From an uncultured bacterium (lineage in GTDB: Bacteria > Patescibacteriota > Microgenomatia > Levybacterales > UBA12049): 64,000 bases of DNA. The position numbers and the translations under genes are program-made. This document shows positions 28,165 through 38,518 of this stretch, in pieces. Under the pieces are notes generated by a model that saw only the letters and a list, made by a program, of their open reading frames with translations, did no database searches and had not been told where the DNA came from. Where the stretch lies: NCBI GenBank assembly GCA_963826535.1, contig CAWGXL010000002.1, positions 30,503 through 94,502 of the forward strand, written 5' to 3'. Each line of letters begins with the position of its first letter. Positions within the stretch are counted from its first letter, which is position 1.

Positions 28165-28698
28165 ATGGAAAACAAGAAACCTTTAGTCGGTATAATCATG
28201 GGTTCGGACTCGGATCTTCCGGTTATGCAGGAAGCAGCGAAAATTTTGGATGAATTTGGTGTGGCACATGAGATTACTATTGTATCCGCTCACCGGACTC
28301 CTGATCGACTTGTTGATTATGCAAAAGACGCAATACAAAAAGAATTAAAAGTTATAATCGCCGGAGCAGGTGGATCAGCACATCTACCGGGTATGGCTGC
28401 ATCTTTTACTTCATTGCCGGTTATCGGCGTACCAATTAAAACAAATAGCATGGACGGATTAGACTCCTTACTTTCTATTGTGCAAATGCCTCCGGGTATC
28501 CCGGTTGCTTCAGTTGCCGTTAATGGCGCGAAAAATGCTGCTCTTTTAGCGATTGAAATTCTCGGAACTTATGATAAGAATCTGCAAGAAAAAATCATGG
28601 CATATAAAAGAAATTTAAATGACACGGTCCTGGAAAAAGTAGAAAAATTGAAAACAAAAGGTTATAAAAAATATTTAGAATCATCTGATAAATCATGA
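28165..28698 (+). CDS. purE: N5-CAIR mutase
   Basis: [43 protein letters not shown]. Confidence 0.98.
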   Translation: MENKKPLVGIIMGSDSDLPVMQEAAKILDEFGVAHEITIVSAHRTPDRLVDYAKDAIQKELKVIIAGAGGSAHLPGMAASFTSLPVIGVPIKTNSMDGLDSLLSIVQMPPGIPVASVAVNGAKNAALLAIEILGTYDKNLQEKIMAYKRNLNDTVLEKVEKLKTKGYKKYLESSDKS

Positions 28699-29666
28699 TA
28701 CCGGCGAAAACTATTCTTTCCGCTAGCCCAAATTTACTTAAAACAATCGACATTCCGGAACTCGGAAAAAAACATCAAGGAAAAGTTCGCGACTTTTATG
28801 TTCTTAATGATAAGCGCGTAATAATCACAACAGACCGAATATCTGCATTTGATGTTATCCTGGGCTTAATTCCTTATAAAGGGACTGTCCTGAATTCTTT
28901 GGCTGCTTTTTGGTTTGAAAAAACAAAAGACATTATCCCTAATCATATAATTTCCATCCCCGATCCAAATGTCTCAGTTGTAAATAATTGTAAAAATGTT
29001 CCGGTTGAAATGGTAGTTCGAGGATATCTATCAGGTGTTACAAAAACATCAGTTTGGTATTCATATCAAAAGGGTGAGCGAAATATTTACGGCATGAAAT
29101 TTCCGGATGGTATGAAAAAAAATCAAAAGCTACCTAAGCCGGTTATTACTCCCACTACTCATCCCGAAGCCGGAAGCGCAATTCATGATGAACGGTTGAC
29201 CAGGGATGAAATAATTGAGCAAAAAATCGTTGATAAAAAATCATACAAACAAATGGAAGAAGTCTCTCTGGAGCTTTTTGATTTTGGCAGTAAGTGGTGT
29301 CTAAAGCACGGACTTATTCTGGTTGATACAAAATATGAATTCGGACTGTATGACGGAAAATTAATCCTTATTGATGAAATTCATACACCTGACTCCTCCA
29401 GATTTTGGATTTCTAACACATATAAAGAAAAATTTGAAAAAGGCTTAGAACCTGAAAATTTTGACAAAGAATTTCTCAGGCTTTGGTATGCGAATAAGGG
29501 ATACAGAGGCGATGGAATACCACCAAAAATGTCTGAAGATTTAATTGAAGAAGTCGCGAATCGGTATATTGATGTATATGAAAAAATAACAGGAGAAAAG
29601 TTTGAAGTTTATAGTTATCCTATTGAAGATCGGATTAGAAAAAATATTGTAAATTATATTAAATGA
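28695..29666 (+). CDS. purC: SAICAR synthetase
   Basis: [52 protein letters not shown]. Confidence 0.97.
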   Translation: MIPAKTILSASPNLLKTIDIPELGKKHQGKVRDFYVLNDKRVIITTDRISAFDVILGLIPYKGTVLNSLAAFWFEKTKDIIPNHIISIPDPNVSVVNNCKNVPVEMVVRGYLSGVTKTSVWYSYQKGERNIYGMKFPDGMKKNQKLPKPVITPTTHPEAGSAIHDERLTRDEIIEQKIVDKKSYKQMEEVSLELFDFGSKWCLKHGLILVDTKYEFGLYDGKLILIDEIHTPDSSRFWISNTYKEKFEKGLEPENFDKEFLRLWYANKGYRGDGIPPKMSEDLIEEVANRYIDVYEKITGEKFEVYSYPIEDRIRKNIVNYIK

Positions 29667-30772
29667 AAAGACAAAAAATCACATACTCAGAAGTAGGTGA
29701 TAATTACGACACAAAGGATCCAATAAAAATCCTCGCTCAAACTGCTGCTAAAAAAACAGCTGTAAATCTCAAGAAACATGGTTTTGAAGAAATTGCTGAA
29801 TCCCGCGGTGAGTCAGCATATGTTTGGCAACAGGGGAATATTTACATGGCGACAGTTACTGAACAATTGGGGACAAAAAATCTAGTTGCGGATGAAACAA
29901 GAAAATTAACAGGAAAAACTTATTACGATATCATCGGTCACGATACCATCGCCACCATCATCAATGACCTTGCAACAGTTGGAGCGCAGCCATTAGTTAT
30001 TTCTGCATACTGGGCAATAGAGAATAATGATTGGCTTGCCGATGAGAAACGCATGAAAGATCTTATTGCCGGTTGGAAATCTGCATGTGACCTATCAGGC
30101 GCGGCATGGGGTGGAGGAGAAACGCCAACTTTGAAAGGTATCATAGAGCCAAACACTGTTGCACTTGGAGGATCGGCGATTGGAATTATTACGTCTAAGA
30201 AGCGTTTATTAAATGATAAAAATTTAATAGAAGGTGACAGAGTCCTTCTTCTGAAAAGTTCCGGCATAAATGCAAACGGTCTATCCCTTGCTCGTGCAAT
30301 TGCCAAAAAACTCCCAAAAGGGTATGCCACAAAATTAAAAAACGGGCAGATGTATGGAGAAGCAATCCTCAAAAAAACAAACATTTACGCCTTGCTCATA
30401 CAAGATTTACTCAATGCAGGAGTAAGTATTCATTACATTTCCAATATTACAGGTCATGGATTTAGAAAATTAATGAGGGCAAGACAAAACTTCTCATATA
30501 TTGTTGAAAAGTTATTTGATCCGCAGGAACTATTTCTCTTCATGCAAAAACATGCTGGTCTTTCCGATTATGAAATGTATGATGAATTCAACATGGGTAT
30601 GGATTATGCGATTTTTCTTCCGGAAAAGGCTGTTAAAAAAGCGCAATCAATAGTTAATAAAAACGGATTTGAAAGTATTAACGCAGGATATGTTTCTAGC
30701 GGAAAAAGACAAGTTATAATTAAACCGAAGAATATTGTACTGGGAGGAGAGTCATTGCAGCTTAAGGCTTAG
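29663..30772 (+). CDS. purM: AIR synthase
   Basis: GTKN, INDL...GAQP, GGETPTL, SSGINANGLSLAR, NITGHG, FNMG. Confidence 0.9.
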   Translation: MKRQKITYSEVGDNYDTKDPIKILAQTAAKKTAVNLKKHGFEEIAESRGESAYVWQQGNIYMATVTEQLGTKNLVADETRKLTGKTYYDIIGHDTIATIINDLATVGAQPLVISAYWAIENNDWLADEKRMKDLIAGWKSACDLSGAAWGGGETPTLKGIIEPNTVALGGSAIGIITSKKRLLNDKNLIEGDRVLLLKSSGINANGLSLARAIAKKLPKGYATKLKNGQMYGEAILKKTNIYALLIQDLLNAGVSIHYISNITGHGFRKLMRARQNFSYIVEKLFDPQELFLFMQKHAGLSDYEMYDEFNMGMDYAIFLPEKAVKKAQSIVNKNGFESINAGYVSSGKRQVIIKPKNIVLGGESLQLKA

Positions 30773-31788
30773 GCGACCATAGGTGCCAGGTGGGGAGCAA
30801 CATTATTAAAGACTTGATCAAGTATTTCTGCCTCTTCTGCTTCTTGAATTAATTTGTATGTTACCATTTCACCCTCTTTTGCTAAAATAGTATCATCCTG
30901 TCTTAAGATATTTTTCGTAAGATAGAGCCCGACAGCATCTCTTTTGCGTCTTTCTACAAACTTGTTTTTCACCTCAGTAGTGTTATCAGCCGGTTTTTTT
31001 TGTTCAATCTTTTGTTCAATTTTCGGAGTCTTTGAGGTTTCAATTGTTTCAGTTTGCAGCCCTTTTACAACCTCATCTTTTTTGCTCAATTCTACTTTTG
31101 TTATCTGCGGCTTAAGATTATCTTTCACTTCCTGGACTTTACTCTTTACTTCCTCTATTGGCTTTTTTGTTTCCTGTTGAATTTTGCTTGCATTTATTGG
31201 TTTGATGTCATATTCCCCACCAGCTCCGCTTTGATCGGAGCCAGCTGGCGGATTTTCGGCTCCCACTTTTTGTTTCTCTCGCAACAGCATTTCTTCTTGC
31301 TGCTTAGTTATTCTGACTATTGTCGCGTCTTGACCAACTGTAACAATATCTGAGATTTTTACTCTTTTTTTACCTTTCTTAAAATTCCGAATAGTTCCTT
31401 GAGAAACTTCAAATTCTTCAACACGACCTGTCGCGGAATTGAAATAAATATCGCTCACGCGGCCAAGCTCTAACCCGTCCTCTGTAATTATTTTGGTATT
31501 AGTGAGATAGGTATCGTTTTTCGCAATCATCTCAATGTGTTTCTCAACCTCCGATATTTTTTTAATTTGATTCGGCGAGGTAATAAGTGCGGCATCTTCA
31601 CCTATCCCTTCCAGGTCATCAAATAGTATAACTCTTGCTTCAGAAAACCATCCGCCTTTTTCTGTCAAAAGAGCCTCTATCCGGTTTTGTATAGGATCAT
31701 AGATAACATCTTCAATATTCTCTATTTTTCTTCCATCATTAATGGTGAAAACAGGCAACCCTATTACTTTTGATGCTTTAACTAACAT
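30769..31788 (-). CDS. PRC-barrel domain protein
   Basis: Two PRC-barrel repeats (IGLPVFTINDGRKI..IEDVIYD; KIITEDGLELGRVSDIYFN) and a low-complexity linker. Confidence 0.85.
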   Translation of the reverse strand: MLVKASKVIGLPVFTINDGRKIENIEDVIYDPIQNRIEALLTEKGGWFSEARVILFDDLEGIGEDAALITSPNQIKKISEVEKHIEMIAKNDTYLTNTKIITEDGLELGRVSDIYFNSATGRVEEFEVSQGTIRNFKKGKKRVKISDIVTVGQDATIVRITKQQEEMLLREKQKVGAENPPAGSDQSGAGGEYDIKPINASKIQQETKKPIEEVKSKVQEVKDNLKPQITKVELSKKDEVVKGLQTETIETSKTPKIEQKIEQKKPADNTTEVKNKFVERRKRDAVGLYLTKNILRQDDTILAKEGEMVTYKLIQEAEEAEILDQVFNNVAPHLAPMVA

Positions 31789-32101
31789 ATTTTATCTCCC
31801 CTTTATGTATGTATCCCGTGTTTCTAAATGATGCTCTGTAAAATACTGCCAGGACAAGTGCGCTAATCAGTGCAGTTAAAAAACCTTCTATACTAAATCC
31901 AATTATTGCTTTTGCCAACAATAAGTTAGCCAGATATCCACCTATAACTGCTCCTAATACAGCAAAAAAACATGTTAAGATTACTCCCCCTATGGCTTTT
32001 CGATGGTCATGGACATGTGCAAATAAACCCATCATAAGCCCAAATATGATCCAGATAAGTAAATTTGCAGAAGAAATCCCTAATAATTCCAACATATTCA
32101 T
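31778..32101 (-). CDS. GlsB/YeaQ/YmgE-family small membrane protein
   Basis: WIIFGLMMGLFA...GAVIGGYLA three-TM pattern. Confidence 0.75.
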   Translation of the reverse strand: MNMLELLGISSANLLIWIIFGLMMGLFAHVHDHRKAIGGVILTCFFAVLGAVIGGYLANLLLAKAIIGFSIEGFLTALISALVLAVFYRASFRNTGYIHKGEIKYVS

Positions 32102-32169
32102 TAAGGAATAACATACTCTACAAAGGTTAAATATTTGCTACAAAAAATGTAAGAAAAAAGGAAGAAATA

Positions 32170-32553
32170 TCAAAAGAATTCAACCAGCAGCTTTTTCTCA
32201 TCGAAAATAATCTTAAAACTTTCAAATATTGCCTGTCGCCCCAGGAGATTAAAGCTAACATTATATTCGTGAGAAAAAACTACCGGAGCCGCAATTTTTT
32301 TATCACCAATCTCTAGAGTGAGACTATGAATATAGCCTTTAATTCTCCCACCGACTCCTCCTAAATATATTTGTTTCCCGGTCATTATATCAATACGCAA
32401 AGATTGAGCAACTTCTAATCGAAAAATCGATATCGTTGCCCCTGAATCAACAAGGCAAGCTACTCTGGAAACATATTTGCTGTTATAAGCGAAGAGATCG
32501 ATTATTGGGAAGTGTTCTCCTAAGCTATTTTTCTTGTAAGGAAACTTAATCAT
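32170..32553 (-). CDS. retropepsin-like aspartic protease
   Basis: CLVDSGATIS catalytic motif, GVGG flap, NLLGR. Confidence 0.88.
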   Translation of the reverse strand: MIKFPYKKNSLGEHFPIIDLFAYNSKYVSRVACLVDSGATISIFRLEVAQSLRIDIMTGKQIYLGGVGGRIKGYIHSLTLEIGDKKIAAPVVFSHEYNVSFNLLGRQAIFESFKIIFDEKKLLVEFF

Positions 32554-32770
32554 TTATTGCAGGTAAGACATAAGGCCCCTCATCTTTACGAGGCACTTTA
32601 AAGGAGTAGGCTTTTATTTTGTTCTTGTCTTTTATTTTCCCACTCACTAATGGAGCAATATCTTCAAAAACTTCGCTTGCGCCGATAATTTTATCTTTTT
32701 TTGGATCAATTGCTACCCATTGTCCCTCAAATTTATCAATCTGTTTAGTTGAGACATTAATCTTTTTCAT
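32546..32770 (-). CDS. DUF5678-like small protein
   Basis: KFEGQWVAI...KIIGAS...FKVPR; overlaps the protease start. TTGACA-17-TAGTAT promoter upstream. Confidence 0.7.
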   Translation of the reverse strand: MKKINVSTKQIDKFEGQWVAIDPKKDKIIGASEVFEDIAPLVSGKIKDKNKIKAYSFKVPRKDEGPYVLPAIND

Positions 32771-32880
32771 ACATTGCTATACTACAAGAGCCAGTGCTGC
32801 TTGTCAAATTTTTGTTTCAAACGTAAGGTCGATGTTTCCAAAAAAGGAAGAAAACTAGCCCCCTCTATACTCTAATAAAT

Positions 32881-33549
32881 CTAATAAAGTAGTGGATCTT
32901 TACGTCCTGGATAAGTAGCAAATGCTGGAGTTGCAATAATACGCTCATCTAAAAAATTTGTTATAACAGTTCCTACACACCCTCCTAAGTCGTAGTTTTT
33001 AGCAATAGGTGGCCCCCATTCTCTTGCTTTTTGCCATGGAAAACGATTGGGATCGTAAAGCCGCAAGTAACTTCCACCTACTGTAACCCGTCGCAATCCA
33101 TTTGCCTTAAGCTGCTGATAAATACAATCATGCTTCTCGTCTGCTGGAGCAGGAGATCCAGCCCAAGTGGGTAAGACAAAAATATTGCCCTCTTGTACAC
33201 CCATTCGATTCAATATAGATTGCCAGTTTGATATTCGATATGCCTCTTCAAAAAGTATTAAAGGCAGGTCTATTTTTTTATATTCCCCTATTGAAGTCTT
33301 TAATCTCCTTTTATATTTCCTATACCTATTTTGTTCTTCTTTTGGCTCATAATAGTTCGATTTGTCATGCCAAAAAGGATGCACGATCACCGCCGCAGTG
33401 CCTCGCGAAGAGTCAATCGCTTCTTTAAATTTTTCCTTACCCTTCATGGTAGTTATGTCTAATATAGAGACCGGTGAGCTTGTCTCTTTTGCGCAAGAAG
33501 GATCCACGCCATCTTTATTCTGAATGTATGAATCTCGCAATCTTTCCAT
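32881..33549 (-). CDS. hypothetical protein
   Basis: Start moved to ATG 33549 (MERLRDS) because TTGAGA-17-TATACT ends 6 nt upstream. Contains VIVHPF and GGCV motifs. Confidence 0.65.
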   Translation of the reverse strand: MERLRDSYIQNKDGVDPSCAKETSSPVSILDITTMKGKEKFKEAIDSSRGTAAVIVHPFWHDKSNYYEPKEEQNRYRKYKRRLKTSIGEYKKIDLPLILFEEAYRISNWQSILNRMGVQEGNIFVLPTWAGSPAPADEKHDCIYQQLKANGLRRVTVGGSYLRLYDPNRFPWQKAREWGPPIAKNYDLGGCVGTVITNFLDERIIATPAFATYPGRKDPLLY

Positions 33550-33603
33550 TTGTGGAGTATAGTATATAGCCAATTTATTCTCAACTCTACTATAAGTTAG
33601 AAA

Positions 33604-36072
33604 TTATTTTCCGAGGGAGTCTTCCAGTTGTTTTAATCTAATAGATGTTTTAAGTACGCTATCGGGCTGGAGACTTACGGAATCAATTCCTTCAGATACC
33701 AGAAACTCGGCAAAATCCGGAAAGTCAGACGGGCCTTGTCCACAAATACCGACAGGAACACCTAATTCATGGGCTTTTTTAATAAGGGTTCTTATTAAAC
33801 TTTTTACCGCATTGCTTTTCTCATTACCAATATGTGCGACAATTTTGGAGTCGCGGTCAAGACCAAGGGTAAGTTGTGTAAGATCATTTGAGCCAATAGA
33901 GAAACCGTCAAATAAAGCAGCGAACTCTTCAATTTGAAGAATATTTGAAGGTATTTCCGCCATACACCAGACGCGGAGTTTTTCATTTATTTCATCACTT
34001 GCCGCGATTTCCCTGGCATTCGGAAGTTTTTCGTGAACCAATCCATACTTAGCCATAACTTCCAGGACTTTTTTACCTTCTTCAGGTGTCCGGCAAAAGG
34101 GGATCATTACTTGCAAATTAAATAGTCCCATTTCTTCCCGTACCCGTTTTACCGCTTTGCATTCCAGCGCGAATGCAGCTTCAAAATTTGGATCATAATA
34201 ACGGCTTGCCCCGCGCCAGCCGATCATCGGGTTTTCTTCCTCCGGCTCATATTCGCGGCCGCCGAGTAATCCGGCATATTCATTGGTTTTAAAATCACTA
34301 AATCTTAGTATTACTTCTCGCGGATAAAATGCGCAGGCAATAATGCTGATTCCATAGGCGAGTTTCTCAACGTAATAATCAACTTTATTATGGTACCCGG
34401 AAGTCAGTTTATCAATTTGTTTCTTGACGGATTTATCGGTTAATTTGTCATAATTCAAGAGCGCATTAGGGTGAATTTTTATGAAATTAGTTATGACAAA
34501 CTCCTCACGCGCAAGTCCGACTCCCTTGTTAGGAATAAACGAATAACTGAATACCAAATCAGGATCGGCGACTATCATTTTGATCTTGGTTTTTGGGGGC
34601 TGGAAATCCTTTAGATCAGTTTTTTGAATTTCAAATTTTAGTAACCCTTCAAAGACTTTTCCCACTTCTCCTTCGGCGCAGCAAACTGTAATATCCGTTC
34701 CCGTCTTAATAACTTTAGTCGCATTGCCAGTACCGACAACAGCAGGGATACCAAGTTCACGTGATACGATCGCCGCATGGCTTGTCCTGCCGCCGGAATC
34801 TGTGACAATGGCCGATGCTTTTTTCATTATAGGTTCCCAATCAGGATCTGTGAGAGGCGCGACCAATACCTCTCCCGGTTTAAATTCATCTAATTGATTT
34901 GCGTCGTGGATATTTCGCGCTGTCCCGTGTCCGATCCTCGCGCCAACCGCAGCGCCCTGTACAAGAATTTTACTATGATCCAATAATTTATATTCTTCAA
35001 GAGTGTTTAAATTTTTCCGGGCTACTACTGTCTCGGGACGTGCCTGTACGATAAACAACTCTTTAGAATGTCCGTCATATGCCCATTCGATATCCATGGG
35101 TTTACCATAATGCTCTTCAATGATCACACCCCACTTGGCGAGCTTGAGTATTTGATCATCATTAAGCACATATTTGTGGCGGTCTGCTTCATGAACAATC
35201 GCTTCCTTAGTCGGCTTAGTACCTTCATGAGAATAAATAAGCTTCTTTTCTTTGGTTCCTAATTTCTTATTCACCATAGCTTTAAAACCCTTCTTCAAGG
35301 TCGGCTTAAATACCATAAATTCATCCGGTGTCACGACCCCCTTTACTATATATTCTCCGAGTCCCCATGACCCATTGATCAGAACGACTTCGCGGAATCC
35401 GCTATCCGAATCAAGAGTGAACATTACTCCGCTACAACCCCTATCACTTCGCACCATTTTTTGTACAGCAACTGAAAGTTTTACTTTGAAATGATCAAAG
35501 TGCTGGTCTTGTCGGTATGATATAGCCCGGTTGGTAAAGAGTGAAGCGATAGCCAGCTTTATTGCCTCAAGCAAATTATGTCTTCCATGTACATTTAGAT
35601 AAGATTCCTGCTGACCTGCAAATGAAGCATCCGGTAAATCTTCCGCTGTTGCCGAGGAACGTACCGCAACATCCAGATCAGCAAGATCAAGATTCAGTTC
35701 GCGGGCCAGCTGAATATAAGCGTTCCAGATCGCATCATTCATCTCGTGGGGGAAATCCGCAGCCATAATAAATTCACGGACTGCTTTTCCTGCTTTTTCC
35801 AGCGCATGTATGTTGCTTGTATCAAGACCTTCAAGAACACTTCTTATTTTTTTGTCGAGTTGATTTTTATCAACAAAATATTTATAAGCATATGCCGTCA
35901 CAGCAAATCCGTAAGGTACCTGAATTTTCTCATCCGCAAAAATTGGGCTTTGAGCGTTAGTTAGATTCTGATACATTTCTCCGAGGTTTGCGTTTTTCCC
36001 TCCTACCAGCGGAATATCGTCTTTATTTATTTCATTGAACCAAAGTATAAATTTTTGTTCTTTTAAATCCAT
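33604..36072 (-). CDS. ppsA: phosphoenolpyruvate synthase
   Basis: VGGKNANLGEM, VRSSATAEDLPDASFAGQQ, DIEWA, QARPETV, GGRTSHAAIVSRELG phospho-His, FSIGSNDLTQ. Confidence 0.98.
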   Translation of the reverse strand: MDLKEQKFILWFNEINKDDIPLVGGKNANLGEMYQNLTNAQSPIFADEKIQVPYGFAVTAYAYKYFVDKNQLDKKIRSVLEGLDTSNIHALEKAGKAVREFIMAADFPHEMNDAIWNAYIQLARELNLDLADLDVAVRSSATAEDLPDASFAGQQESYLNVHGRHNLLEAIKLAIASLFTNRAISYRQDQHFDHFKVKLSVAVQKMVRSDRGCSGVMFTLDSDSGFREVVLINGSWGLGEYIVKGVVTPDEFMVFKPTLKKGFKAMVNKKLGTKEKKLIYSHEGTKPTKEAIVHEADRHKYVLNDDQILKLAKWGVIIEEHYGKPMDIEWAYDGHSKELFIVQARPETVVARKNLNTLEEYKLLDHSKILVQGAAVGARIGHGTARNIHDANQLDEFKPGEVLVAPLTDPDWEPIMKKASAIVTDSGGRTSHAAIVSRELGIPAVVGTGNATKVIKTGTDITVCCAEGEVGKVFEGLLKFEIQKTDLKDFQPPKTKIKMIVADPDLVFSYSFIPNKGVGLAREEFVITNFIKIHPNALLNYDKLTDKSVKKQIDKLTSGYHNKVDYYVEKLAYGISIIACAFYPREVILRFSDFKTNEYAGLLGGREYEPEEENPMIGWRGASRYYDPNFEAAFALECKAVKRVREEMGLFNLQVMIPFCRTPEEGKKVLEVMAKYGLVHEKLPNAREIAASDEINEKLRVWCMAEIPSNILQIEEFAALFDGFSIGSNDLTQLTLGLDRDSKIVAHIGNEKSNAVKSLIRTLIKKAHELGVPVGICGQGPSDFPDFAEFLVSEGIDSVSLQPDSVLKTSIRLKQLEDSLGK

Positions 36073-36139
36073 GTATTTAATTATGATAGCAATAAAATAA
36101 ATATGAATACAAGGGGGTAAAAATCAGAAATTACTGAAA

Positions 36140-37008
36140 TTAAGGATTACTGATCTTATTATCAAAAAGGATAAAGTCACCATAAGTTCTACTGCATTTA
36201 CTTCCGAAGGAGTAATTAGGATAGCCACCACTAAGCTGGCCGACAGCCTCACCCGTTGGAAATCCATTAGAATCCAAGACGAGTACTGAAGATCCGCTCT
36301 GACCGTGACAAACTCTACCGAGCCAAGCAGTCATGATTTTTCCAAAGCCCTCTTTTGTAGAACCAATATAGGAAAGCTTAGTCAATTTTCCATCAGCGTC
36401 GACGATACCTAGGGATTGGTATCTTTTAATATGCCCAGACTTAATTTTAATGGCTTAATTTTCCCTTCTCCTATGGACATATTAAGGTCAGCATTATAAT
36501 CATCTAATGGATGAGCAACAATTTTATCATAACCTATGATACTGCCGGTGTTATCATCGTTTATGAGAGTCGTTTTAGAAAATGTTGCGAATGCCTCATT
36601 GCCAGGTATCATTATTTTCAAAAAGCGCGATTTATTTATGCCCGGAAATATAGCAACCATAGTCTCATCTTTTTTTATCTCATTCTTAACATGTTCTACT
36701 GTAGCAAGCCATAGTCTTCCACCCTTTTCATAAATGCCCCCATGACCAATATAATTAAAATCTGGAACTTCTTGCTTAGAAGGGGAATACTTCCCTATAA
36801 TTACAGCTCCGGCTGCCATATATGGCTCCAGCTCGTTTAGACTTTTCATATAGTCCTTTAGCTCGGGATTATTATCACAGCCGGTAAGTGCTAAAGCAGC
36901 AGATAAGCCTAGAATCTTTAGCACTCCACGACGGGACATTTGTCGTCCAAAAGTTCTTATTTGCTCTGAATCTTTTTTAGATAGACAAGGTGATTTAACA
37001 GTTTCCAC
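36140..37008 (-). pseudogene. trypsin-like serine protease lipoprotein split by a -1 frameshift
   Basis: ORF 36409..37008 has SRRGVLK, a LTGC lipobox and ATVEHV (catalytic His region). The -1 frame continues LGIVDADGKLTKLSY...VCHGQSGSSVL (catalytic Ser motif) to 36140. Confidence 0.6.
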
Positions 37009-37014
37009 TCACCA

Positions 37015-37043
37015 ATTATACTATGGGATTAATTTAGTGTCAA
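37015..37043 (-). promoter_or_regulatory. perfect consensus sigma70 promoter (leaderless)
   Basis: TTGACA-17-TATAAT ending 6 nt before GTG 37008. Confidence 0.8.
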
Positions 37044-37097
37044 GACAAGCTTCATGCTAAACATATCCAAATTTTGCACATTTGATTAAACTTGAAT

Positions 37098-37454
37098 TCA
37101 TGTCTCGCCAGTGATGGTAACAAATTTCCCAAAAATATCATTTTGTTTACTTTTGATAAGAAATGCTGTTAGTTTTTTATCAATTTGATCATCTGATAAA
37201 TTCACAGACAGAGCAATGACGCCTGATTTATTGCTTAAAGCGGCTAATGGTTTAAAATCGTCACCATTAAACGTCACAATAATACGTTGCAATTTAACTG
37301 CTTCATCATAAACTACTTTATCACTTATACCGCTTTTCTTGAGATCAAGAGTTATGTGTTTTATGTTAAAATTAAGATTTAGACGGGGAAACAATTGTCT
37401 TGGATGCATGTTTTCATCCAGAAGCAATTTAAATTTATAAAATCTTTTTGGCAT
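37098..37454 (-). CDS. DUF5615/Mut7-C-like PIN-domain toxin
   Basis: KLLLDENM, GISD..V...A....RIIVTFNGDDF. Confidence 0.85.
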   Translation of the reverse strand: MPKRFYKFKLLLDENMHPRQLFPRLNLNFNIKHITLDLKKSGISDKVVYDEAVKLQRIIVTFNGDDFKPLAALSNKSGVIALSVNLSDDQIDKKLTAFLIKSKQNDIFGKFVTITGET

Positions 37455-37662
37455 GAAATTTTTCAGTTACTATCTGATCAATTTCGCCAATAACTCCTTC
37501 AAGAGTCTTTATATCTACCCACGGATAATGAGCGTGGATAGCATCCATTGGATAACCTTCTTTTAATAAAAAAATAATTCGCGAAATAATAATGCGGGTT
37601 CCTTTAACAACAGGTTGACCTCCCATTATTTCCGGGTCTGATGTAATAAACTTTGTTTTCAT
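37435..37662 (-). CDS. DUF433-family antitoxin
   Basis: ITSDPEIMGGQPVVKGTRI...I...YP. Start moved to ATG 37662 because TTGACA-17-TAATAT lies 7 nt upstream. Confidence 0.88.
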   Translation of the reverse strand: MKTKFITSDPEIMGGQPVVKGTRIIISRIIFLLKEGYPMDAIHAHYPWVDIKTLEGVIGEIDQIVTEKFHAKKIL

Positions 37663-37800
37663 CTTATTGATATTATCAAGCATAAAATAAAATGTCAATT
37701 TTTTTTCAGCCGGAGAAGATTACACATCTGTGCGGATTAAATGATTACAAGGGGGTAAAAAAATGGTATAATTTAAATTACATTTTAAGGAGGTGGTTTT

Positions 37801-38085
37801 ATGTCAAACGATAATAAGAAAAGTAATAATAAAAGTTCAAGTTTAGCAGTAGGCGCAGCTGGTGTTGTAGCCGGCGCAGCACTCGGCGCAGCAGCAGCAG
37901 CTCTTTCTGACAAGAAGACTCGCAAAAAAGTCATTGACACAGTTAAAACGCTGAAAAAACACGCGCTTGTTGGTGTTAACAAATTGAAGAAAAATGCTGA
38001 ACCTTTGAAAGAAAAAGCACTGAATAGGCTTAGTAATGGGAAGAAAGTAGCTCAAAAACAAGCAACTAAAACAACGAAAAAATAG
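37801..38085 (+). CDS. small basic membrane-anchored protein (YtxH-like)
   Basis: Strong SD AAGGAGGT, Gly/Ala-rich hydrophobic segment, Lys-rich tail. Confidence 0.65.
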   Translation: MSNDNKKSNNKSSSLAVGAAGVVAGAALGAAAAALSDKKTRKKVIDTVKTLKKHALVGVNKLKKNAEPLKEKALNRLSNGKKVAQKQATKTTKK

Positions 38086-38179
38086 AATTCTAAAAAAATT
38101 ATTCTCAGTTTTTGAATAGAATTACCTAAGTTTCCCTATTGCAAACTGTTTTGACCTTCTCATATACTTAAAGTACTAT

Positions 38180-38518
38180 ATGTTCACCCTTATCCTCTTT
38201 GTTATATTAGCTCTTATTTTTGGCTACTTTGCTTCTCAAAATACACAGAATATTACAATAACTCTTGCCAACTATGTCATTACCAGTATTCCACTTTATA
38301 TTGTTATTGGAGTCGCCTTACTTATTGGACTTTCACTATCATGGCTGTATAGCCTTTTAGATTCTTTTTCAGCTGCAATGAAACTAAGAGGAAAAGATAG
38401 CACAATTAAAGATTCAAAGAGGACAATTCATGATCTGACAAAACGGGTCAATCAGTTAGAAATTGAAAACGCTAAACTGAAAGGAAGAAAGGAACAAGCA
38501 GACGATGAATCTTTATGA
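38180..38518 (+). CDS. LapA/DUF1049-family membrane protein
   Basis: FASQNTQ.ITI...PL..VI two-TM pattern followed by a coiled coil. Confidence 0.8.
   Translation: MFTLILFVILALIFGYFASQNTQNITITLANYVITSIPLYIVIGVALLIGLSLSWLYSLLDSFSAAMKLRGKDSTIKDSKRTIHDLTKRVNQLEIENAKLKGRKEQADDESL

Noticed and set aside
37850-37905. GCA/GCGCA repeats
   Set aside because: Explained by Ala/Gly-rich codons of a hydrophobic helix.
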